Shown here: positions 56,981 to 64,000 of the stretch, piece by piece
Position numbering within the stretch: the stretch's first letter is position 1
Layout: each line of letters begins with the position of its first letter
Assembly (NCBI GenBank): GCA_023665755.1
Contig: JAMPDF010000002.1
Coordinates: 136,953-200,952, forward strand
Direction: 5' to 3'
Length of the DNA: 64,000 nt
Origin: Prevotella sp.
GTDB taxonomy: Bacteria > Bacillota_I > Bacilli_A > ML615J-28 > CAG-313
Translations under genes and position numbers: made by a program
Notes under the pieces: generated by a model
Database searches by the model: none
What the model was told of the DNA's origin: nothing
What the model saw: the letters and a program-made list of their open reading frames with translations, nothing else

Positions 56981-57787
56981 ATGAAAATTAGATGTAAAAA
57001 TTGCTACCATATCTTAAAACCCAATGAGGAATATTGTACAAGTTGTGGAACGCATAGTATAGAAATGCAACAGGCAATGTTGACTGGGAATTATGGTCCT
57101 GATGCGGTAGGAAAATGCAAAATAGGTGTTTCTATTTATTTGTTAGCTGGATTTGTTGCAAGTGGTTTTTTGCAAATCATTTTTGCTATGCTTCAAAATA
57201 AAGAAATTCAAATGTATACAAGCCTTTATACAGGCGTAAATAGTTTATTTTATAGTAGTATTCTAGTATTCATTTTGATGCTCATTGTTTCATGGAAAGA
57301 TATGAAAAAAATTTCTTTTTCAAAAGGATTGACGCATTACTTGATTGCACTTGGCATAGGATTACTGGTCATTACCATTGTCATTTTATTGGGGTACGTA
57401 TTTTCTTTCACTCAAGTATTTCCCCGATATGTGATTCAATATTTGCAAAATGGTGGAGCAGTATTTTGGAGTTTTAAAGAAGCCTCCATTAGTAAAATCA
57501 TCATTGCTTATGTACTAGAAGGGATTACCACTGAAGTACTTTTGCGAAAAAGAATAGTAGACGCATTAGATGAAACAATGCTAGGCGAAAAGGCCATTGC
57601 GTGTATTAGCATTTTAGCAATTACTTTATTAGAAACAGCATGGATTATGTCACTTGATGTTTTGATTCCATTACTACTGATGAATATAGTAACAACACTG
57701 ATTTATATGAATACTGACCGCAATGTATTTGTAAACATTGCCCTAAGGATAATACTCGTTGTTGTAGCAGTTATTCTGTTTGTATAA
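56981..57787 (+). CDS. Membrane protein with N-terminal zinc ribbon; weak, degenerate CPBP-protease-like C-terminal region
   Basis: CKNCYHILKPNEEYCTSCG zinc ribbon, then 6-7 TM helices. TEVLLRKR loosely resembles the CPBP EExxxR motif, but the His motifs are absent. The ATG at 56981 follows AAAGGTGA. Confidence 0.5.
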   Translation: MKIRCKNCYHILKPNEEYCTSCGTHSIEMQQAMLTGNYGPDAVGKCKIGVSIYLLAGFVASGFLQIIFAMLQNKEIQMYTSLYTGVNSLFYSSILVFILMLIVSWKDMKKISFSKGLTHYLIALGIGLLVITIVILLGYVFSFTQVFPRYVIQYLQNGGAVFWSFKEASISKIIIAYVLEGITTEVLLRKRIVDALDETMLGEKAIACISILAITLLETAWIMSLDVLIPLLLMNIVTTLIYMNTDRNVFVNIALRIILVVVAVILFV

Positions 57788-57834
57788 TTGACAATAAATA
57801 AAAATGATATCATAAAAATAAATAGAGGTGAATT

Positions 57835-58932
57835 ATGGGCTTAACAGCAGGAATCGTTGGTCTTCCAAATGTAGGAAAATCAACATTATTTAATGCAATT
57901 ACCAAAGCAGGTGCTTTTGCAGCAAACTTTCCTTTTGCAACAATTGAACCTAATGTTGGAGTTGTAGAAGTAAAAGATGAACGATTGGATAAGATTGTGG
58001 AAATTATTCAACCAAGAAGTGTAGTGCCAACTTCTTTTTCATTTACCGATATTGCAGGACTTGTAAAAGGAGCAAGTAAAGGAGAAGGTCTTGGCAATCA
58101 ATTTTTATCTCATATCCGAGATGTTGATGCCATTTGTGAGGTAGTTCGTTGCTTTGAGGATCCTAATATTATTCATGTAGAAGGAAAAGTGGATCCCATT
58201 GGCGATATTGAAGTTATTAATTTAGAGTTGATTCTTGCTGATTTAGAAGTAGTTGAAAAAAGACTGCCTAAAATTGAAAAGAAAGCTCAACTCAAAGTGG
58301 ATCAAGATTCTGTGTATGAATATCAAATTTTAAAAAAATTACATGAAGCCTTTCTTCAAAGTATCCCCGCAAGACGTGTAGATTTATCACCTGAAGAAAA
58401 GAAATTTATTAAAAATTATCAATTTTTAACGATGAAACCTATGCTTTATGTAGCCAATGTAGGAGAAAATGATATTGCTACAGGAAATGCTTATGTAGAA
58501 GAAGTAAAACAATATGCCCAAGCAGAAGGGGCCAAGGTTGTGATGATTAGTGCAAAGATTGAAGAAGAATTGAGCATGCTTGATGCAGAAGATAGAGCGA
58601 TGTTCTTAGAGGACTTGGGCGTAACAGAAAGTGGACTTGATCGATTGGTGAAAGAAGCTTATGCGCTTCTTGGATTGTGTACCTTCTTTACAGCTGGTGA
58701 AAAAGAATGTCGTGCCTGGACGTTTAAAAGGGGAATGCTCGCACCAGAATGTGCAGGTGTAATCCATAGTGATTTTGAAAGAGGATTTATCCGAGCTGAA
58801 ACCTATGCTTATGATGACTTGGTAAAATATGGTACACCATTAAAGGTGAAAGAAGCAGGCAAAGTGCGCCTAGAGGGAAAAGATTATATCGTTCAAGATG
58901 GCGATATTATGCTATTTCGATTCAATGTATAA
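57835..58932 (+). CDS. ychF: Redox-regulated ribosome-binding ATPase YchF
   Basis: GIVGLPNVGKSTLFNAIT and a C-terminal TGS-type domain ending DGDIMLFRFNV. Confidence 0.95.
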   Translation: MGLTAGIVGLPNVGKSTLFNAITKAGAFAANFPFATIEPNVGVVEVKDERLDKIVEIIQPRSVVPTSFSFTDIAGLVKGASKGEGLGNQFLSHIRDVDAICEVVRCFEDPNIIHVEGKVDPIGDIEVINLELILADLEVVEKRLPKIEKKAQLKVDQDSVYEYQILKKLHEAFLQSIPARRVDLSPEEKKFIKNYQFLTMKPMLYVANVGENDIATGNAYVEEVKQYAQAEGAKVVMISAKIEEELSMLDAEDRAMFLEDLGVTESGLDRLVKEAYALLGLCTFFTAGEKECRAWTFKRGMLAPECAGVIHSDFERGFIRAETYAYDDLVKYGTPLKVKEAGKVRLEGKDYIVQDGDIMLFRFNV

Positions 58933-58973
58933 TATAATCAGTCAATAAAACAAGAAAAGAGGTGGAAATCGTT

Positions 58974-60647
58974 ATGGAAGAAAACATTTATTTAGAATCA
59001 CTCAAACATCGCAATTACGAAATGTATAAATATTTTAATAAAGGAATTGAAATTATATCTGAATTAAAAAGTAAAATGTATGAAGCTTATCTTGTCGGTG
59101 GAGCTGTACGCGATTTCTTACTCAATCGAGATTTCAATGATATTGATATTGCAACTAATGCTACACCAGATGAAGTATCGGAAATTTTTAAAAACTATCA
59201 ACTAGATTCTACCTATGCACAGTGGGGATGCATCACCATTATTGATGCGGGCTTCCGATTTGAAATCACCACATTTCGCAATGAAGAATATGTAAAATAC
59301 AAAATCAAAGATGTTCACTATTCGAAAAAATTAGTAGATGATGTGATTCGTAGAGACTATACCATTAGTGCCCTTGCCCTTACGCCCAATTTGACAATTA
59401 TTGATTTAGTGGATGGCCAAAAAGATTTGGAAAAAGGAATTGTCCGCGTAATCGGTAGTGGAAAAAGAAGATTTAAGGATGACCCTTCAAGAATGCTTAG
59501 AGGCATAGGACTAGTTGCCCGTTATGGATATGAAATAGAGTCCAATACAATGCGAGCTATGCGCAAATCAAAGCCATTTTTAAAAGAAGTATCAGAACTC
59601 AAAATTACTCTTGAAATGGCCAAAATGTTAGAATCACAATACGGATTACGTGCTTTGCATTTGATTGATGACCATAACTTATTTCGTTATTTACCCAACT
59701 ATGCCTATTGGGTTAAGATTATGATGAAACATTATAAGAAATTAACCTATATTGAAAAGTTTGTTTTACTTTATCGCATCACGGGAAAGTTACCAGAAAA
59801 TATTGCATTAAGTAAAGAAAAGGCAGTGACTGCCAAAAAACTATATGATTTATCACAAATGTTATCCGTCAGTAAGGTAGAACCTATGATGGTATTTAGT
59901 TATCCATTAGAAGATTTACTAGCAGCAGATCGCATTTCAAAAGCATATAATAAAAGATATCGAAAACAAAAAAATAAAATCAAACAGATTCACAAAAAAT
60001 TACCAATATCCAAAATTACTGAACTCAATTTTAGTGCAAGAGAATTAAGCGCCATAGTTAGAGAAGATCAAAAACATCTGATTTCAGGCATTATGGATGA
60101 AATTTTATATAAAGTAGTCAATAAAGAATTACCCAATATCAGTGATATTTTGCGTAACGAAGCGCTAAAATTATTGAGTCAATCTACCTTTGAACAAAGG
60201 CCAATCCAAGAAGAAGTCGATACGAAAAAAACAAAACCCCTTTTCTTCAAGAAAGAAAAAAAGGATGATAGTGAACGTTATTTTGATGATCAACACGCGG
60301 AAAGAGAATTATTAGAAAAAGTGTATGATGAACAAGATATGGATATAGACGAACAAGCAGATGAAGCAATTCCCTTTGATATGTCTTATTATGAGCAACT
60401 AGCCAAGGGCCAAGACGAATCTAGCGAAGCATCGATTGATGAAGAAACCTTATCCGAATTAAAACGGGAGTATGATGAAGATTATACACATATTTATTCG
60501 ATTTATATGAAGAGTATCCAAGGCTTTGCTACAATGTCCATCTCAGAACAACAAGCAAGGTTATATGAAATCAAACAACAAGCTAAGGCATTCTTATTAC
60601 AGAATAATCCCAAATACAATATCTTATTAGAAAGAGGTATAATCTAA
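58974..60647 (+). CDS. cca: CCA-adding tRNA nucleotidyltransferase with ~150-aa acidic C-terminal extension
   Basis: LVGGAVRDFLLNRDFNDIDIAT and RRDYTISALA polymerase-beta-type motifs. The ATG at 58974 lies 9 nt after AAGAGGTG (the ORF track uses the GTG at 58962). Confidence 0.8.
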   Translation: MEENIYLESLKHRNYEMYKYFNKGIEIISELKSKMYEAYLVGGAVRDFLLNRDFNDIDIATNATPDEVSEIFKNYQLDSTYAQWGCITIIDAGFRFEITTFRNEEYVKYKIKDVHYSKKLVDDVIRRDYTISALALTPNLTIIDLVDGQKDLEKGIVRVIGSGKRRFKDDPSRMLRGIGLVARYGYEIESNTMRAMRKSKPFLKEVSELKITLEMAKMLESQYGLRALHLIDDHNLFRYLPNYAYWVKIMMKHYKKLTYIEKFVLLYRITGKLPENIALSKEKAVTAKKLYDLSQMLSVSKVEPMMVFSYPLEDLLAADRISKAYNKRYRKQKNKIKQIHKKLPISKITELNFSARELSAIVREDQKHLISGIMDEILYKVVNKELPNISDILRNEALKLLSQSTFEQRPIQEEVDTKKTKPLFFKKEKKDDSERYFDDQHAERELLEKVYDEQDMDIDEQADEAIPFDMSYYEQLAKGQDESSEASIDEETLSELKREYDEDYTHIYSIYMKSIQGFATMSISEQQARLYEIKQQAKAFLLQNNPKYNILLERGII

Positions 60648-61588
60648 TGAAAAAGTTTGTAGAAATGAAAATTGGTGAAGATGTAGAATTCTATGCTTTA
60701 GTAGAATCTCTTCAAAAAAGATATACACCCAATAAAAGTGCATATTACAGTATTAGTTTATCAGATGGAGCAACCACTATCGACGCAAGAGTTTGGGATG
60801 TCAATTTGATTGAAAAAAATGAAGTGTTAGCGGGTAGTGTATTCTACTTTATTGCTCATATCAATGAATATGTAGGCAAACCCCAATTTGTCATTACAGG
60901 TGTAAAGAAAGTAGATGAAAGTGAAATTGATGTCAAACGATTCTACCGAACTGCTCCACTTACAGAAGAAAATTTAAGAAATGGCATTAAAAATTACATT
61001 CGAAAAATCAATAACGAAGTATTACGCAATCTAGTGGTTGCACTGATTGCCAAAGTACCAGATGATTATTTCGTCTATCCTGCAGCAATGACTATGCACC
61101 ACAATTACTTTAATGGTCTTGCTTATCACATTTATTCGATGTTAAGACTAGCGGATGGATTATTAGAAGTCTATCCTGGAATGAATAGCGATTTACTGTA
61201 TGCAGGTATTTTGCTTCATGATATTGGTAAAACCAAAGAATTAACAGGACCTAAATCGCCCCAATATACACAAGAAGGAAATCTTCTTGGCCATATTGTG
61301 ATTGGGTTACAAATGGTAGCCGTAGAAGCGAACAAGCAACAAGTTGAAGATACAGAAGAATATCAGGCATTATGTCATTTGATTGCAGCCCATCATGGTG
61401 AGTTGGAATTTGGGTCACCCAAAGAACCGACAATCATGGAAGCATTTGCACTGCACTATATTGATTTAATCGATTCCAAAATGGCACCAATCAGTGCAGA
61501 AGTATTGAAAGTAGAAAAAGGCTCATCTACTGCACCTGTAACTAGTTTGGGTAGAAAGTCCATATATGTACCTGATATCAAAAAATAA
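60647..61588 (+). CDS. yhaM: 3'-5' exoribonuclease YhaM (OB-fold + HD domain)
   Basis: N-terminal OB fold, HD motifs LLHDIGK and AAHHGELEFGSPKEP. It overlaps the cca stop (TAATG). Confidence 0.85.
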   Translation: MKKFVEMKIGEDVEFYALVESLQKRYTPNKSAYYSISLSDGATTIDARVWDVNLIEKNEVLAGSVFYFIAHINEYVGKPQFVITGVKKVDESEIDVKRFYRTAPLTEENLRNGIKNYIRKINNEVLRNLVVALIAKVPDDYFVYPAAMTMHHNYFNGLAYHIYSMLRLADGLLEVYPGMNSDLLYAGILLHDIGKTKELTGPKSPQYTQEGNLLGHIVIGLQMVAVEANKQQVEDTEEYQALCHLIAAHHGELEFGSPKEPTIMEAFALHYIDLIDSKMAPISAEVLKVEKGSSTAPVTSLGRKSIYVPDIKK

Positions 61589-61600
61589 TAGATCCGAACC

Positions 61601-61640
61601 AAAAGGAACTAACGAATTTGTTAGTTCCTTTTTCTTTTTT
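61601..61640 (+). terminator. Strong rho-independent terminator after yhaM
   Basis: 13-bp perfect stem AAAAGGAACTAAC / GTTAGTTCCTTTT, 6-nt loop, then TTTTCTTTTTT. Confidence 0.85.
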
Positions 61641-61883
61641 AAAAAATTTTAAAAATATACCCCGCGAAACATATCTTTTTTCGCAAGTATAGTGTAAAGG
61701 GAAAAAAAGATCCCTATTACAGAAAGGAGAAAAATCAATATGTTTCATCAAATCAATAAAATAGTCAGTATACCAAAAGGGGGATAAAAAAGATCATTAG
61801 GCCGTATCAAAGAAGAACTTATCTTTATGACGGTATAATCTAATCTATTCAATGATTCAGTAATATAAGGAAGGAGAAAGAAC

Positions 61884-62474
61884 ATGAAATTTGAAAACAG
61901 AATAGTAGAACATACGGGAAGAAAAAGACTTACTGTAGTGAATCAAGAAAATGATGACAATGGTGCGCTTCTTGCACTAACAGTAGATATCGCAAGAGCA
62001 GAAGGAGAAGTTGAAAAAACAGGAACGCCACTCAATGAGATGACATTCAATCAAATGCAAACTGAATTGAGTGAGCAAATAGAACTTTTGAAAGAAAAAC
62101 AAAATCAACAAGAAGGGCAACTTGCCTACTTATGCTCTAGGCTATATCAAACAGATGGATTAGTAGTGAACTGGGTTCAAAATCCCAATCAACAAGAAGT
62201 AAATACAATAGAAATAAAGACCACAGAATGGTTAGATGTAGAGCTCAATCACTGGTTAGAACAACTCTTCACCGTCTCTATAAAAGAGCATACAGACACA
62301 CGCATTGTATTAGAAATTGTGGAAACGGAAATATTGAATCAATCAGATGGGGTATCTTTCCAAGTTTATCCATTCTATATCTTGCTATATCCAAAAAATA
62401 ACCGAAACGTTTGTCTTGCCACATTAAAAGCTCAGGTAACGTATACGTATTTATCTGAAGCACCACTAGATTAA
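61884..62474 (+). CDS. Hypothetical protein with phage-tail-fibre-like N-terminal module and short coiled coil
   Basis: FENRIVEHTGRKRLTVV...ARAEGEVEKTGTPLNEMTFNQMQ resembles the conserved N-terminal motif of Firmicute prophage tail-fibre proteins (..R V..YP.R.KLT...EGTPLN...LN..). This is recognised from memory only. RBS AAGGAAGGAG. Confidence 0.4.
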   Translation: MKFENRIVEHTGRKRLTVVNQENDDNGALLALTVDIARAEGEVEKTGTPLNEMTFNQMQTELSEQIELLKEKQNQQEGQLAYLCSRLYQTDGLVVNWVQNPNQQEVNTIEIKTTEWLDVELNHWLEQLFTVSIKEHTDTRIVLEIVETEILNQSDGVSFQVYPFYILLYPKNNRNVCLATLKAQVTYTYLSEAPLD

Positions 62475-62490
62475 AAGGAGAAATACAAAA

Positions 62491-63861
62491 ATGAACTTAA
62501 CACAAATCAAACAGAAATTATTAACAAAAAATCCTCATTTAGGAAAGAAGAAACAATCATTCATACAAAGAGAAAAAAATGAATCTAATTTAACAAAACA
62601 ATCGCATGTCAAACTCATTGGGATTACTGGAAGCCGTGGTAAATCGACAACAGCTTATCTTGTCTATGCGTATTTAAAATCTCTAGGGTATAAGACTTTA
62701 CTCTATAGTAGTATTGCTATTGATGCTAAACTGGGTTATTATCCACAAAATGAGGCCAGTGAAACGCCAGTCTACCACGATGAAATTTTATATCAAATTA
62801 TCGAAGAAGCAGAACGCGATGATGTCGATTACATTGTATTAGAGGTGAATGAAACCGTACTTGAAAAAGGACTTATGAAAGATATGCCATTTACCATAAG
62901 AGCCTTGACCAATATCAATCCTAAACACAATGATGAACAATATGGATCAGATGATTATGTCAAGCTTAAGTATAGCTTTTTTCAAGATATCCCGAATCCC
63001 GATACTTGTACGCGTGTCATTGGACTAACAGATAGCATGACAAAAGATGAGTTTGATACCATCAAAGCGTTGCATTATGCACCTACATACACGTATAGTA
63101 GTCAATATTTATGTAGAGTAAAAAATGTAGATTACAACACAGTAGATGTATTGCTATATGAAATGGACAATTCGATAGAAGGTTTACAATTAAAACTCAA
63201 AGTTGATGGAATCACGAGTGAAGTCAGTACGCATCTTTTGATGAGCCATAATGCGATGAATATGACTTGTGCAATTGCTATTTTACATGCACTAGGTGTA
63301 TACCAAACTCATCTTTTTAACCAATGTGTAAGAGATATTCAAATTCCAGGTCGAATGGAAGTCGTCAAAGCAAAAGGAAGAACGATTGCTATAGACTTAT
63401 TTTTAAATCCAGCGCTAGAAACGTTTCGAATGTTACAAGAAAAAGGCCAGATTAATCAAATTCGCGTAGTAACAGGAGCAATTGGAACGGGATTTCAGTA
63501 TTGGAATGACACGTTTAAGACCGATCAGTTTGTAAGCAAAAGACATCAAGCAAGGCAATTTGCAATGGATATTGTCAAACAATATGCAGATATTGCCTAT
63601 TTAACGGAAAATGATCAAGCCGCAGAATCCGTTTTGGATATCTGTCAAGAGTTACAAGGTTACTTAGGTGAGTTGCCAAGTTACATTATTACAGATAGAA
63701 AAGAAGCAATTCAAAGGGCTATTGAGGATTCCGCAGAAAACGATCTCATCTTGATTACCGGAAGAGGAAACAAACGAACCCTTTGTGATAGTGCAACAAC
63801 AATGAAAATAATCAAAGATGCAGAAGTTGTAAAACATATTTTAAAGGAAAAAGGGTGGTAG
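62491..63861 (+). CDS. Divergent Mur ligase family protein (MurE-like core, no UDP-binding N-domain)
   Basis: GITGSRGKSTT P-loop at residues ~45-55, SHNAMNMTCAIAI, IPGRMEVV and LTENDQAAES align by eye with MurE blocks. The GxGGDRD and GKGHE blocks are degenerate. Confidence 0.7.
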   Translation: MNLTQIKQKLLTKNPHLGKKKQSFIQREKNESNLTKQSHVKLIGITGSRGKSTTAYLVYAYLKSLGYKTLLYSSIAIDAKLGYYPQNEASETPVYHDEILYQIIEEAERDDVDYIVLEVNETVLEKGLMKDMPFTIRALTNINPKHNDEQYGSDDYVKLKYSFFQDIPNPDTCTRVIGLTDSMTKDEFDTIKALHYAPTYTYSSQYLCRVKNVDYNTVDVLLYEMDNSIEGLQLKLKVDGITSEVSTHLLMSHNAMNMTCAIAILHALGVYQTHLFNQCVRDIQIPGRMEVVKAKGRTIAIDLFLNPALETFRMLQEKGQINQIRVVTGAIGTGFQYWNDTFKTDQFVSKRHQARQFAMDIVKQYADIAYLTENDQAAESVLDICQELQGYLGELPSYIITDRKEAIQRAIEDSAENDLILITGRGNKRTLCDSATTMKIIKDAEVVKHILKEKGW

Positions 63862-63864
63862 CAG

Positions 63865-64000
63865 ATGAGTCAAAATAGAATCAATCAAACTGAGTTAAAA
63901 TACTCATGCAAAGAGTTAGAAGCAAGCATCAATCTTCATACAGGAGAATACTCTCTCAATTACCCCTTACTAAGCATTGGAGCCAATCACTATCAAATTG
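63865..64000 (+). CDS. 5' end of an ORF running off the window; weak resemblance to the N-terminal motif of RHS/YD-repeat or wall-associated toxins
   Basis: The ATG at 63865 follows AAGGGTGG. Translation is MSQNRINQTELKYSCKELEASINLHTGEYSLNYPLLSIGANHYQI. The segment INLHTGEYSL..LLSIG resembles the VN-x-x-GN-L....L.L.G motif that precedes YD repeats. Only 45 codons are visible. Confidence 0.35.
   Translation, partial: MSQNRINQTELKYSCKELEASINLHTGEYSLNYPLLSIGANHYQI

Noticed and set aside
61884-62474. Prophage at the end of the window
   Set aside because: Only a ~60-aa tail-fibre-like N-terminal motif is present. No integrase, terminase, capsid, tape-measure, holin or lysin genes, and no att-like repeats, are visible.
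1-64000. Scan for rRNA, tRNA, CRISPR arrays, IS elements and integrases
   Set aside because: All intergenic regions longer than 100 nt were read. None shows cloverleaf-compatible pairing, rRNA-like conserved blocks, repeat-spacer structure or transposase or integrase ORFs. Without a tRNA- or RNA-family search tool, small ncRNAs cannot be excluded.

Overview
This is a 64-kb, AT-rich chromosomal segment (about one-third G+C by eye) from a low-GC Bacillota. Gene content and protein sequences look Erysipelotrichia/Clostridia-like, but that is a guess. The standard code applies and TGA is used as a stop. I can support about 50 protein genes, one decayed gene, and a set of rho-independent terminators and sigma-A-type promoters. 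I saw no rRNA, tRNA, CRISPR array, transposase or integrase. Layout: (i) 1-14.3 kb holds a MoxR-DUF58-vWA-vWA (Bat-like) module chained to a BspA-type LRR lipoprotein and a 1641-aa lipoprotein. (ii) 14.5-18.6 kb holds a LuxE/LuxC-type fatty-acid-reductase pair with a PNP/UDP-family phosphorylase, a small membrane protein and a decayed FMN split-barrel gene. (iii) A 940-aa GHL10 lipoprotein follows on the minus strand. (iv) Next is a NUDIX - GrpB - P-loop kinase - radical SAM string. (v) Next is a lipid operon headed by a DUF368::acyltransferase fusion. (vi) MATE transporter and fhs follow. (vii) An orphan GHKL ATPase appears to head purB-purA-FAD protein-hpt. (viii) Then come a second LRR lipoprotein, dnaD-nth, a cse60-like gene, rqcH, gmk-rpoZ and an M32 peptidase. 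(ix) A repeat protein with a uL15 C-terminal domain sits just upstream of the str operon (rpsL-rpsG-fusA-tuf). (x) Then come a TatD-type hydrolase, an S1C protease, PBP1A with a possible RecU remnant, ychF, cca and yhaM. (xi) From about 61.6 kb there is an apparently accessory locus: a protein with a phage-tail-fibre-like N-domain, a divergent Mur-ligase paralogue, and the start of a possible RHS/YD-type protein. Most of the window is core genome. The best candidates for undescribed biology are (i), (ii), (v), (vii), (ix) and (xi). All functional calls rest on motif recognition by eye; no searches were run.
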